A DNA stretch of 64,000 bases from assembly GCF_036321535.1 (NCBI RefSeq), contig NC_087437.1:51958001-52022000 (forward strand), in the 5' to 3' direction. A model generated the notes under the pieces. That model did not search any database and was not told where the DNA came from. It saw only the letters and a list, made by a program, of their open reading frames with translations. The stretch comes from Camelus dromedarius (lineage: Eukaryota). This document shows, piece after piece, positions 38,273 through 52,600 of this stretch (position 1 is its first letter; every line of letters begins with the position of its first letter). Both the position numbers and the translations under genes were made by a program.

Positions 38273-39245
38273 TTTTTTTTTTTTAAGTGAAATATAGTCA
38301 ATTCACAGTGTTATGTTAGTTTCTGGTGTACAGCATAGTGATTCAGTTATACATATACATATGTATTACTTTTCAAAGACTTTTTCATTATAGGCTGTTA
38401 CAAGACATTGAATATAGTTCCCTGTGCTATACAGTAGGTCCTTGTTATTTATCTTTTTTATATATGGTAGTTATTATCTGCAAATCCTGAACTCCCAATT
38501 TATCCCTCCCCACCACCTTTCCTCACTGGTAACCTTAAGTATGTTTTCTATGTTTGAGTCTGTTTCTGTTTTGTAAATAAGTTCATTTGTGTCTCTTTTT
38601 TTTTAATTCCACATATAAGTGATACCATATGGTATTTTTCTTTCTCCTTCTGGCTTACTTCACTTAGTATGACAGTCCAGGTCCATCCATGTTGCTGCAA
38701 ATGGCATTATTTCATTCTTTTTTATGGCTGAGTAGTATTCCATTGTATAAATATACTACAACTTCTTTATCCAGTCATCTGTCAGTGGACATTTAGGTTG
38801 TTTCCATGTCTTGGCTATTGTAAATAGTGCTTCTATGAACATTGTATTGCATGTATCTTTTGAATTAGAGTTTCCTCCAAATATATGCCCAGGAGGAGGA
38901 TTGCTGGGTCATATGGTAATTCTATTTTTAATTTTTTTAAGGAATCTTTGTACTGTTTTTGATAATGGCTGCACTGAACTACATTCTCACCAACAGTGTA
39001 GGAGGGTTCCCTTTTCTTCACACCCTCTCCAGCATTTATCATTTGTGGACTTTTTAATGATGGCTGTTCTGATTGGTATGAGGTGATACCTTTTGTAGTT
39101 TTGATTTGTATTTCTCTGATAATTAGCAATATTGAGCATTTTATCATGTGGCTATTGGCCATTTGTATGTCTTTTTTAGAGCAATGTTTTTAGATCTTCT
39201 GTCCATTTTTTGATTGGGTTGTTTGTTTGCTACTGAGTTATATGA
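38273..39245 (-). mobile_element. 5'-truncated L1 (ORF2 end + 3'UTR)
   Basis: ORF-track 38833..39162(-) is ORF2p-like ([18 protein letters not shown]); poly-T head; decayed TSD cacattgccttttt / catattgctttttt. Confidence 0.9.
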
Positions 39246-40139
39246 CATATTGCTTTTTTAAAATAAATCTTAAATACACACAAATACCTAACAAGAGAAA
39301 CAGTCTTCTTTGGACAGTTATAGGGCTATCCACTGAAGAAGAGATCAGAGAAATATTTACTTTTTAAAAAAATTCTGTAGGCCAAAATCCAGCCATCTCT
39401 CAGGGAGTATTCTGCAAGCTTTTGAGATAGAGTGCAATATTCTTGTGGGTTTTTTTTTTTTTATTCTTGTGCAATATTCTTAAAGCAGGTATTGCTCACT
39501 GTGTGTGTTAAAAGGCATCAGGCAAATAAGTGGCACACAACAAAGGTGGAACTTCAGGGCGGGAGGCCTGGAAGTCTGCATGCAGTTCCCTTGACCTCTC
39601 AGCATCCCATAGAGAGGCCTATCTGGCTGAATGGACTGAGGGTTTTGCTTCAAGAGGACCAATCTCTTCCCATTCTCCTTTTTTTAAGGGCTCTTGTGAG
39701 AGCAGCCTTCCAAATGGGTTAAGTGGGGAAATCATCTGAGCTTGAGCACAAGCTGCTCAAAGTGGTTGTATACTAGTCCTGGGAATGTCACATCCTGACT
39801 GCACATCCTGTGGGAAGTTGAGTCAGTACTTAGCTTTGACCCTTAGGAAGGTGGAGAGCTGCTAATCCCACCTAGCTCACTTTCCGGAATCTGGGAGGTT
39901 GCCACCAGGGATTATTCACTGGACAATCTGTATTGTCTCTTCATTTTCAGATTCTGGAAAGGAAGACTTAACATAAGGAAATAGATTTGGCTTTAACTAA
40001 TGTTTTATTTTGTTTATGGTTTTAAATGTTCAACATTGATAAAGCCCTGGTTTCTTTAAGAAGCCAGATTGGAATTGCTAATTTGGATGGTTTAGCCTTT
40101 TTTAAGTGAGTTAATTAGGGGCAGGCATGTGTATCCTTT

Positions 40140-43100
40140 TTTTTTTAATTAAATTTTCAATTTTGGGATAATTGTAGATTCACATTTAGTTGTAAAGACA
40201 TAAAGAGATCCCATGTACCCTTAACTCAGTTTTCCCCAATGATAACATCTTGCAAAACTATATTACAATTACATGACAAGGATATTGACCCATGCAATAA
40301 AGATATAGAACATTTCCATCACCACATGAATCCCTCACTTTGCCCCTCTGTAGCCACACTCATTACCCTTCTGCCCTCACTCCCTTCTTAGCCCTTGGCA
40401 ACCATTAATTGTTCTTCAGTGCTATAATTTTATCATTTCAAAAATGTTATATAAATAGAATTTATAGTATATAATCTTTTGAGATTGAGTTTTGTTTTTT
40501 TTTTTAACTAAGCATAATTCTCTGGTAATTCATCTAGGTTGTTGTATCTATCAATAGATTGTTGATTTTTGTTGCTGAGTTGTATTCCATAGTATGGAAT
40601 ACCACAGATTGATTAACCATTCATCCAATGAAGGACATCTCATTGTTTCCAGTTTGAGGCTATTAAAAATAAAGCAGCTTATTCCTTCTTTTCCTCTCTC
40701 CTTCTCTCCCTCCCTCTCTTTCTCTTCTTTCTTTTCTTCTGAAATTATAAATGATATTGAATTTTTTATTTTGGTTCCCATGTGTTCATTAATAGCTTAT
40801 AGAAATAAAATTGGTTTTTATCTTGTATCCTGCAGTCTTGCTGAGCTCACTTCTTAGTACTAGGAAGTTTTGTTTAGATTCCTTGGGATTTTCTTTGTAG
40901 ACAATAATGTTATGTGCAAACAGAACAGTTTTATTTTTTTCCTTCCTAATCTGTGTGCCTCCCCTCACCTTTCTTCTTTTATTGCCATGGCTAGAACTTC
41001 CAGGGCAGTATTTCCAGGGCTAGAACTTCTCACTGTGTTGAATATAAATGGTGAGAGCAGCCATCCTTGCCTTGTTCCCAGAGTGAAAGCATTTGATCTT
41101 TCACCATTAAGTATGTTAGCTGTATGTTGTTTTAAGTACTCTTTATCAAGTTGAGGAAATTCCCTTCTCTTTCTGTTTTTCTAGGAGTTTTTTTCATGAA
41201 TAGGTGTTGAATTGTCAGATGTTCTTTCTGCATTGATATGATCATGTGATTTTTCTGCTTTTGCCTGTTAAAATGGTATATTACATTGATGAACTTTTGA
41301 TTATTGAACCAGCCTTGCATTCCTGGAATAAACTTCCCTTGGTCATGATGTGTAAAGCTTTTTACATAATGATGAATTATATGCTAATATTTTGTTAAGG
41401 ATTTTTGCATCTTTATTCAGGAGAGGTTTTAGTCTGTAGTTTTTCTTAAATGTTTTTTCAGATTTTGGTGTTAGTAATACTATACAGAATCAGCTAGGAG
41501 GTATTCTTTTCTGTTTTCTGGGAGAGATTATATAGAAGTGGCATCAGTTCTTTAATGTTTGATGTAAAACTTCAGTGAAAACATCTGTGCATAGAGATTT
41601 TGGGGGGAAGTTTTAAAATTATGAATTTACTTTCTTTAATAATTAGAGGTGTATCCAAATGATCTGTTTCATATTAAATGAGTTGAGATAGTGTTTTTTT
41701 GAGGAATTGGTCCATTTCATCTAAGTTAGTCGAGTTTATGTGTGTAGTGTTACTGATAGTATTCCCTTATCCTTTTGGTATCTACAGGGTCTATAGTGAT
41801 GCCCCCTGCTTCAGTCTTCATATCGGTAATTGTGTCTACTCCTTATTTTTTGTCAGCCTTGGTAGAGGTTAATCAATTTTAGCTACCCAACCCCCCCTCC
41901 TTTTTTTTTTTTTTTTTTGACGAACTGGCTCTTTGTTTTATTGATTTTTCTCTAGTGTTTTTTGTTTTGTTTTCAGTTTTATTGATTTCTGTTCCTTTTG
42001 TTTTTCATTCTGTTTCTTTTGGATTTATTTTGTTCTTTTTCTGAGTTTTTGAAATGAGATCTTAGATTGATTTGAGATTTTTTCAGTTTTCTAATGTATG
42101 TTTTTAATGCTATAAATACCCTTTCAGCACAACTGTTAGCTGTGTCCTACAAGCTTTGATATGTTGTATTTTTGTTTTTATTCAGTTGAATGTGTTTTTA
42201 AAATTTCTCCTGTGACTTCCTCATTGATTCATGGGTTATTTAGAAGTATATTTAGTTTTTAAGTGTTTGCGGATTTTCTTGTTATCTTTCTGTTAGTGAT
42301 TTCTAGTTTGATTCAGTTGTGGTTGGAGAACACATGCTATATGATTTCAGTACTTTCAAACTTGCTGAAGTTTGTTTTATGGTCCTAGATGTAATTCATC
42401 TTGGTATTTGTTCTGTAGGCACTTGAAAAGAATTTGCTTTTTGCTGTTGTTGGTTGACACATTCAAAAAATATTGTTTGGATACTTTGATAGTGTTGTTG
42501 AGTTTGTCTATATACTTGCTAATTTTCTGTCTAGTTCTGTCAATTTTTGAGTGTGTTGAAGTATTGAAGTCTTTAGCTAGAATTGTGAATTTGTCTATTT
42601 ATCTTTTCAGTTCTATCAATTCTTCCTTTATTTTGCGCTGTGTCATTTGGTATATACACATTTAAGAGTGCTATGTCTTGTTGGTGGATTGACTCTTTTA
42701 ACATTATAATGTCTTTCTTGGTTTATAGCAATTTTCTTTGCTCCAAAGTTTATTTTATCTAATATTAATATAGCCACTCCTGCTTTCTTTTGATTGATGT
42801 TTGTATCATGTATCTTTTCCCATTAGTTTATTTTTAGCCTGCATATGTATTGTTATATTTGACATGAGTTTCTTGTAGACTTCTTTAATCTGCTTTGCTA
42901 ATCTCTGTCTTTTAATTGGTATATTTAGACTGTTTACATTTAATGTAATTATCCATGTGTTAGGGTTTAGGTCTCTCATGTTATTTTTTTGGTTTCTGTT
43001 TGTTCTTTCAGTTTTTTGCTTCTCTGTTTTTTTTTCCTGCCTTATTGTGAGTTACTTGAACGTTTATTAGAATTTAATTTTGATTTATCTATAGTATATT

Positions 43101-45750
43101 TGAGTGCATCTTTTTGTGTAGCTTTATATGGTGGTTTCTCTAGGTATTATATATACATCACTTATCACAGTCTACTGGTGTTATTTTTCCTGTTGAAATA
43201 ATTTAGAACCCTTACCTCCCTTAATATCTGTTTACCCTTCCTTCTTTGTATTATCTTAATATTTCCTCTATGTCTATTTAGAACCATACCACACAGTATT
43301 GTAATTTTCACTTCAACCATAAAACGTAAGTAAGAAAACTCAGGAGAAGGAATGCCTATTGTATTTACCCTTATTTTTGCTTACCGTGTTCTTTCTTCTT
43401 TCTTCTTTCTGATGTACCAAAGTCCCTTGCTTTATTGTTTCCTTCCTGTTTAGAGAACTTTCTTTAGCCATTCTTTTGGGGGTATTTTGCTGGCAGCAAG
43501 TTCTCTTCACCTAAAAATATCTTGATTTCCCCTTCATTCTTCAAGAATATATCATTAGATTTGGGATTCTGGGTTGACAGTTACTTTATTTGAGCACTTG
43601 AAAAAATTGTGTCACTTCTTCTGGCCTCCATGGTTTTTGATGAGAAATCCATTCCTTCAAATTGTTTTTCCCTAAGCTAAGATGTCATCTATCATACACT
43701 TTCAAAACTTCTTTTTTTTTGTCTTTTAGTTTTCAGAAGTTTGAAAATGTCTTTGGTGTGAATTTCTTTAGATTTATCTTGTTTAGATAAATCTATGTGT
43801 TTATAAACTTTGCCAAACTTGGTACATTTTTAGCCTTTATATTTTTGAGTACTTTTTCAGTTCTACCCTCTTTCTTCTCTTCTTCTGAGGTTCTAATAAC
43901 ACAAACATTAGATCTTTTGTTATAGCCTTCGAGTCCCTGAGTTTCTGTTCATTTTTTTAAGTTATTTTTGTTTTCTCTTTCAGATTAGAAATTTCTGTTG
44001 TTCTTTCTTCCAGTTCACTGATTCTTTATTCTGAACTCTTTTTTCTTTTATTCTTTTATCCATCCTTTGAGTTTTTTAAAAATTTAGTTATCATAGTTTT
44101 CAGTTCTAAAATTTCCATTGGTTTTTCTTTATATCTTTTATTTCTTTGATGAAACTTCCTGTATTTTCATTTGTTCCAAGATAATATGTAATTGCTCATT
44201 GAAGCACTTTTGTGATGGCTGCTTTAAAAATCTTTGTCAGATCATTCTAACATCTCTGCCATATCAGTGTTGGCATTTATTGATTATCATTTTAAAATTC
44301 AATTTCAGACCTTCCACGTTCTTGGTATAACTTGTGATTTTCTTTTGAAACATGGACATTCTGGATTTTATATTGTGAGACTCCATATCTTATTTAAATT
44401 TTCCGTTTTAACTGCTTCCTTTTGATAGTGTCCTGGCAGAGTAAGGGTAGGGGTGTTACCTTGTTACTGCCACGTGCGGGTAAATTCCAAGTTTCCTACT
44501 CAGCGTCCACTGGTATCTGATGATGAGTGCTCCTCCTCACTGCTGGACAGAGATGGGAGTTCTTGCTCCTTACTAGTACTTCACTGGTACCTCACTGGCT
44601 AGTTAGGGCTAGGAGTGCCTCATTACTGCTCTCCATGTGGCCTCCATTGGCACTGTGGTGAGGGTGGCTTCACAACCACTGGACTGGGTGTTGGTCAAAG
44701 TTCTAATTCATAGACCTCCTCTGATACCACTCCCCAGTGTGGCCTCATTACTCTGGAGTGTAGGTAGAAATTCATGCTCCCCACATGATCTCCACTGCCA
44801 GCTTCCATGTGGGAGGAGGATGGGATATGTTATTGGCTTGTTGGAATTGAAAGTCCTGACTTTCCTTAGGCTTCTCTGATACCACCCTGACCTGGGGAGG
44901 GAGGTTTGGAGTACCTTGTTATATCCTGTGGAGGGTAGAAATTCAGGTTTTCCATTTAGCCTTTGCTGGCATGAGTGAGTGTATCAATCAGGGTTCTCCA
45001 GAGAAATGGAACCAGTAGGGGATATATTATATAATTTATTATAAAGAATTAGCTCATATTATTGGGGAGGCTGAGAAGCCCCAAGATCTTCACTTGGCAA
45101 GCTGGAGACCCAGGAGAGCTGGTGTGTAGTTTTAGTCCAAGTCTTAGTCCAAGTCTGAAGGCTGAGAACCAGAAAAGCTGATGATAAAGTTCTAGTCTGA
45201 GAGCTGGCAGGCTCAAGACCCACAAAGAGCTGATGTTTCAGCATTGGAGAGAGGAGTTTGCTCCACTCTTTCTATGATTAATATGTTAATCTCACTCAGA
45301 AACACCCTCAAAGACACCCTAGAGTAACGTTTGACCAAATATGTGGCCACTTCATGGTCCTGACAAGTTGACAGGTAAAATTAACCATCACAGTATGGGG
45401 CCAATTTTATTTGACCAAATTTCTCCTTTTTTGTTTTCTTGGCTAGAGAGAGAGTAAGCTTTTGTTGGGGCTTTTTCTATCTGCACCCATGGGCATTTCC
45501 ATGTCACTAGCTTCTTCAGCTCTAAGACTGGGACATATGGTTAAACGAAACCAGGGAACTCACCACCATGTCATTCCTCAGGTCCTGAGGTCCTAGATGG
45601 TCTGATTTCTTCTCTCTACCTTTCAGAGTCTTCTTATGTTTTGTTGTATATACTGTAGGGGTTTGAATTATACAAGTGGGAAGAATAGGGAAAACCATGT
45701 CTGATCCATCTTCCTGGAAGTGGAAATCTCTTGTGTGTCCTCTTTTCATG
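40140..45750 (-). mobile_element. Long degraded old L1M (3'UTR to 5'UTR order)
   Basis: T-rich; ORF-track 41132..41320(-) MQGWFNNQKFINVIYHFNRQKQKNHMIIS is L1 ORF2 RT; L1MC-like 3' end at 40140. Confidence 0.85.
44980..45392 (-). mobile_element. MLT2B-like ERVL solo LTR nested in L1
   Basis: tgtatcaatcagggttctccagagaaa...aagttgacaggtaaaattaaccatcaca, reverse of the MLT2 consensus termini. Confidence 0.88.
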
Positions 45751-46419
45751 ACATTTGAAGGTCTCTTGGCTAAAGAAAGAGAAGGAAGTGAGCAGAAGTT
45801 TGGAATTGCAGATGGTGAGAGAGTCTAGGCCAAGAGAGCTAAGAAGTGCTGCAGGGGATGGAATTTGGCAAGTGGCATATAGTAGAAGAAATTTGTAAGG
45901 AAGTAATTACAGCTTATACATGTATTCTAATGTAAGTGTATTTTTTATTTTGATGAGTAACAAAAGTAAAAAGACTCTAAATCACGTGTGATCCTGCCAC
46001 AGTTCTTAAATTTTTAATCTCACTTCCCTGCTTAAGACCCCTTCAGTGGTTTTCCCTTACCCTTAGAATAAAGTCCAGAATTGTGCACATTGCCCCTTCT
46101 TCTTCCAGTTCCAGTCTCCTCTCTCTATGTTCTAGTCACACTGTCTATCTCACTTCCTCAAGGTTCTGTGCCATCTCTTACATCTGGACTTTTCCATAAG
46201 CTGTTATTCCCTCTTGCTGAAGCATTCTTCTCTGCAATTTGGTTGGTGAATGCTGTCTTTGAGACATCCGTTTTGATGTCACATTTTCAGGTCAGACATA
46301 GGGAGGCCTTCTTGCTGTCAGTGCCCCTGGTGTTGCTTATTTCCCCTCTCAACTTTCGTGATACTTCAATGGCACTACTTTTTATGCTATTGCAGATGGT
46401 ATTTTCTTATTACTTCAGT

Positions 46420-48400
46420 TTCACCTTGTGTGTTTCTAGTTTACTAGAAATGCAATTGATCTTAGTATTTTGATCTACTCTGTAATTTTGCTAAACTTAC
46501 TTATTAGTTCTAAGAACTCTTTGTATATTCCACCAGATTTTCTACATAGACAGTCATGTTCTCTGCAAATAAAGACAGAATTACTTCTTCTTTTCCAATT
46601 TGGATGCCTTTTATTTCTCTTTCTTGCCTTATTACACTGGCTGCAGTATGGCCTCCAGTATGATGTTGAATAGAAATAGTGAGAGTTGGCATCCTTGTCT
46701 TATTCCAGTGTTAGTGGGAAAGCATCATTCTTTGATATATAAATACGGTGCTAGCTAAAGGTTTTTAAAGATGCCCTTTATCAGATTGAGGAGATTCTAT
46801 TCTAAATTTCCTAAAGTTTTTTTTTTTTTTTCCCCAGGAATGAATGTCGTTGGCTTTGGTCATTTTCTTTTTCTACGTCTATAGTGATGATCATATGGTT
46901 CTTTTTTTCATTTGTTGATACGGTAAATTGCATTGATGTTTTTGAATTTTAAACCAACTCTACATTCCTGGGATAAATTCACTTGGTTACAGTATATTAT
47001 CCTTTATTTGTGAACATGTGCATGAGGAATGATAATCTGTTGGTTTCTTTTTGTGTATTTTTGGTATTGGAGTAATGCTGACTTCATAGAATTAGTTGTA
47101 GATTGTTACCTCCTTTTCAGTTTTATGGAAGAGTTTGTGTAGATTTGGTATTTCTTCCTTAAATGTTTGAGAATCACCGTTGAAAGTATCAAGACCTTGA
47201 GTTTTCTTTGTAGGAAAGTTTTTAACTATAAGTATAATTTCTTAGAAGGTTATATATTCTGTTTCTTTTTGAGTGAGGATTGGCATTTTCTGTCTTTAAC
47301 AAAATTTGACCATTTCATCTTTGTCAGATTTATTGGCAAAAAGTTGCTCACGACATTTTCATTACCCTTTTTATATCTGGAGAATGTATAGTGATGTCAT
47401 CTCTTATTCTTTATTTTGTTAATTTCTATTTTAATTCCACTGTGGTCAGAGAACAAATGTATGACTTGAATCTTTTTAAATTTGAAATTTGTTGTATGGC
47501 CTAAAATATCTCATTTATCTTAGTTGGATGTTCTGTGTATTTAAGAAAACAGAAAAAACAGTATTTTGCTCCTGTTGCAGTGTTTTAAAAATGTCAATTT
47601 ATAGACTCTTTTAAGGCTGTTAATTCAATACATACCACTTTCATTATTGTCTTTATATATAATCTTCAACTGTGATTGGTATTCTTTCTATGAAGAGTTT
47701 TAGAGAAAGTTTATTTTTTAGGTGGAGAGAGCATCTTATTTTTTGATATATGATTTCTTTATAATTTTATTGTATTGTGATCAGATAATGTTTTGTGTAC
47801 TAATTCTACTTTTTGGAGTCACTGTTTATATGTATTTTGTGGCTTAGCATATGATCAGTTTTTATTAGTATTCCATGAGCACTTGAAATAGTGTTTTGTG
47901 TGTTTTCACAGAAAATAGTTCATTTTCAATCAGATTTTTAAAATTAACTGTTAGATCTTCTAAACCCTTACCCATTTTTGTCCACACAATTTCTCATGGC
48001 TGGTGAGAATTCAAGTGCCCTGTTAACAGTGCTCTTTTCTCTATTTTTCCTTCTGTTTTCTGTTTTAGGAATGTTAGCACTATGTAATTTAGTATGTACC
48101 ATGTAGTAATTTGGCATATAGAAATAGGAAATTTATCTTCATTGTGATTTATTTATTCATTTAATGCCCTTTTAGCTTGAATTTTACTTTAGTTGATAAT
48201 CTTTTATCTGATTACAATCTTGATTTTTTCTTTGCATGGTATACTTTGGCCTATCCTTTTATTTTTAATCTTTCTGGACTACTTTGTATTTGTTTCTTGT
48301 TTACTACATAGAGTTGGGGGTTTGCTTTTTGAGCTTTCAGATTTTTGCTTTTTTCAGATTTCAATCTGAAAATCCTAGGTGAGTTAAGCCAAATATTTTT
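46420..48400 (-). mobile_element. Further degraded L1 ORF2 fragments
   Basis: ORF-track 46510..46692(-) [32 protein letters not shown] is the L1 RT catalytic region (FADD decayed). Confidence 0.8.
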
Positions 48401-48984
48401 TCTTTTTATTTTTTTAAAAAAAGTCTTTTACCACTTACTCTATTTTTTACCTGTGCATGTACTTCTGATATTTAGCATTATATATTTTATTCTAGCGATT
48501 ACCTTTATAATTATAGCATTATATAGTTCCCTTGATCTATTTTTGGGGGCATTGGTCCTTTCTGTGATAAAATTTAGCATATTTTTTCTTCCTTCCTCCT
48601 CCTCAACCCTGCCTTCATTACCAGATTTTAACCATTATCTTTTATACTGTAAAAAATTATTTTCTAGTTATAATTTTAATTGTGTGCTTTAAATGATATT
48701 TTTTGACTACCAACTTACAGCTGAGACAACTTAATACTTTCTACCTCCCACCTTCATTTCTCTTTCTCCTCCCAGTTTATCATCATATAAATCTCTTCCT
48801 CATTGTCAAATGCTATCTGTTTGCTGTAGGCTTACTTTTGTGGTTAAATATAGTTCATGCTGATCACCAGTGCTTTTGCTATAGTTTCCACTGTCATTTC
48901 TTGTTTGCTGAAGCAGTTTCTTCAAGAAAAGCTAATGAACCACCATCAGTCTCATCAGTAAAGTCTACTCTGAAGCTGTAAAGC

Positions 48985-49650
48985 TCACAGTGGTGACTGT
49001 GTTTTCCAAAATTCTGACTTTCAGTTGAAAGCTTGAATTTTATTATTGGCAACAAATATGTTCATTTCTTCCCTTGAAGTGACAGCTTTACTGTGTTCAT
49101 TTCTGAAAAAATTTTCTTTAGATACTCAAGTCTGAATAGATATATTTTTCTGTCAGTCATGGTACTCCATGATAAAAGTAGTTGGTTCAACTCACAACTC
49201 AAACAATAGCACAAGTGCTTTTCCTTGAGACTGCTGTCATACTTTGCTGTGCAATGAAAGTACTTTATTCCTATTTCTCATTTCATCACACAGAACATTA
49301 AAGAAAATATGTACTTAAGGGTTGAAATTTAATAAAATTAATGAAAATCACTGCTTCATCAAGGACAGTGTTGAGTAAAAATGGCATTTTTTTTCCCCCT
49401 TTCCTCTGGGGCCATGATTTTTCTGAAGAATGTTGACTGCTACTATGGATGCATGCTACTGCCTGGATTCGGGCTAGGGAGACAGCAGTTTTACACACCC
49501 TTGCTGTTTCACCATATTTGCAAATGTGCACATGCTGAAAAATAAAAATAAAATCTTAATATTATTATGAAGATTAATTTGATCTCATGAACCCCCTGAG
49601 TCTTGATGACCTCCTTAGTCCTCTTGTGGATCACATTTTGAGAACAACTG
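48985..49650 (-). mobile_element. Charlie1-family hAT DNA transposon fragment
   Basis: Terminus cagttgttctcaaaatgtgatcc on the minus strand; ORF-track 49298..49531(-) KKMPFLLNTVLDEAVIFINFIKFQPL is a hAT transposase remnant. Confidence 0.8.
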
Positions 49651-52600
49651 ATAGGATCTTCACTGTGCTAAATGATTAGAAAAAGGCAAAGAGATATAAT
49701 AGTTTTAAATCATATTTTCTCTTAGTGGTACAATTATGGTTGACTTTATATTTTAAAATATTTTATGTATTTTTCAAATGTTCTATGAATTCATGTTACT
49801 TTCATGAAGAAGAGAAGAATATCATGCTTCAGATTCTTGGCTATAAAATGATAGGCTTATAGGAAGGGACAAACGTTTAATAAAAGACATGCTTTTTTTC
49901 CCAAAATATGGAGGGTATTTGGGCATGATTTGGTGGAAAGTAAACTAATATGGGGGAGAGCTTTTAAAAAAGACTCGGGAAAACAAAATACTCTTTGAGT
50001 TGTATCTTCAAATTGTTGGTCTCTAGCTTTTATATTGAAAAACATTTTGGCTTTCCTTAATGATCTTGAAAATATTGCTCTGTTATCTTCTGGCATTGAA
50101 TGTCACTGTGGGAAAATATAAGGCTGGCCAGAATTTTTTCTTCCTCTTTCAAAATTCATTTTTTCCTGGCTATTTCTTAATTTTGCAATCTGGCAACTTT
50201 ACTGCATTGGGTCTCAGTATAATCACTCTAAGCCATTTTTCCCTCATATTTGATGTGCTCTTTTAATATATAGATTTAAGCCTTTTTTTTAAAATTCCTT
50301 TTTTAAAGGAAAGTTTTCTTGAACTATATCTTGAACTATTCATCCTGTTCTGTTGTTTTAGTTTCCTTGTTCAGGGATTCCAGTTATACATGTACTGATA
50401 TTTTCTCTTTCTCTTCTCTTCCTCCCCTCTCTCTCCTCTCTTTCCCTCTCACCTTTCTCCCCGTCGCATACTCCCAAATACTTCATTCACCACGCAGTTC
50501 TCTGCAGGACGGATCTCACCCATTAGTGTGCTTACTTTCTAATCAGGAAGACAAGACATATTCTTACCAAAGATAACAATGATACTCTAATATATAAATA
50601 AAATAAAACTTTTCAGATCTGATCTTATTTGTCCTCAGTGCTGTATTAAACACTAATGACCATTCCTTCCTTTCTGAAATTCTGTATCCTGTAGATATCT
50701 GTGATTGTGTGCTATTTGATATTTCAACCTCTGTTGCTGAGTTGGAGTTTGTTTCGATCCTCTGGACGTATAATAAATACCAGTCTTCCTCAAGATGTGG
50801 TCCATTGTCCACTGATTTTATCTTTGTCTATTATCCCTGGACAGTTTTATTCATAATTTCCTCTCATGACTAAGAAGTCTGTAATTCTAACCCAGATGTT
50901 TCAGATTACTATATCCAATTTCTAATTATTCAGCATCTCAGTAGATATATTCCTTAAATCCACCATAGCCCAGTCTACATTTGGCTTCTTCCAACGCCTA
51001 CTCCCATATTCCTTACCTCATTTCGTGACATCTTCATTCAACCATCACTCAAATTAGAAACTTGAGTTACATAGACTCCTGCTTGTGCCTTCCAACCCAC
51101 AACCAATCTGTCAACAACTTCTACAGTTTTACTTTATAAATAGTTTTTTATTCTGTCTGCTGTTTTTTATGCCTATGAAACTACCCTAGTTTCATCCCCC
51201 TTTTCTTTCTTTGACTGTTGTAGTAGCTGCCTTTCTTCAGTCTTGGTTTTCCAGATCCTCCCATGATAGAATCACCAGAGTGATATGTCCACATGGAAAT
51301 CTGATGGTTTCACTCTCCATTATCTCTATAGTATATCTTTAGTACTTAGTACTAGGCTAGATGCTTAATTCCTTATTTTATGCCTTTAATAATTTTAAAT
51401 ATACTTCAATAATTTCTACTTGGTAATTATAATATTTGAAGTTCTGGGGTCTCCCCTTGCTGTTGATAGTTTTTCTATTGACATTCACTTATGGTGCATT
51501 GTTTCATGAGGTGCTTTAAAATTTTTTATTATGAGCACATATTTAGTGGGGCTTAATCAGTAGGTCTTATGTTGCCATTGTGAAGCACTGTTTCTGGAAT
51601 TTTCTTTTTCCAAGTGTACCAGGAATATCCTTTTCAGGATCACCTTTTGTATTAATTTCTTAATTTGATTATTCCCATACAAAGGAGAGAGTGTAAATTC
51701 AAATCCCACATCCACCTGTGGGGTGGATCTTCATTACAGATTCTTGTAGAGTACAACATTACCCCCACTGAGTTTAGGCAGAGACAGACAACCTTTCTTG
51801 TCATCTTCCTATGCCTGCAGGTGGGTTTTTTATTTTTGTTTTTTTTTCCTAGTTGCCTTTCACTAAGGATGCACCTTTTTAAGTATCCTGGTTTTAGGCA
51901 GATCTTTGCCTCACTTCCTTGTTGGAAGAGTCTAAGGCCTCAGGTTCTTTCTGGCATTAAAACCAAGCTCTTAAATGACCTGTAAACTTACAGGACAGTC
52001 TCAGTGGCATCTCAGGACTTAATGCTTTAGTTTTCAATTCTCTTTTCAATTTTAAGCCCTGGATCTTGTCCTTATTCTTTTGGGAGCTCAGCTATGTATT
52101 TTAAAGAATGTTTATTAAATTTCTCCATTTCTAGGGAGGTTTTTTTCTCTGCAAAATATCTGTCCCACTATATGTATTCTCATTCAGGGTTGAGACTTAA
52201 TACAGCTTGCACACTTTTCAGATCTATGGTTTTTGGTTCCTGTTTTTGAAGAATCTGTATAAGATTATAAATGTATTCATGAGGAATATTGATGACTAAA
52301 GGAAGCAGTTTGGATGGGGCAGGGATAGCCTTTCAGGACTATAGGCCCTTCTGCGTACTTCTCTTTCAGATCATGAGTTCCTCAATTTTGTTCTTTTTGT
52401 CAAAGAAGTGTTAGTATGCAGTATTCTCTTCTTCACATAGTGCCTTCTTCCTCCTGATGGATATTTTTCTGCCTAGAACCTAGCCCTTCTAGGATTTTAA
52501 AAAGGAAACCATTGCTCTTCAGCCAGCAGAAAATGAACGAGTACTGCTGAAATCTAATGTTTGGTTACTTGACAAGTTCTAGTCATAATAAGGTACTATT

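Noticed and set aside
49298..49531. hAT transposase-like ORF as a domesticated ZBED-type gene
   Set aside because: Short and degenerate, inside a truncated Charlie1 fossil with stops and frameshifts.
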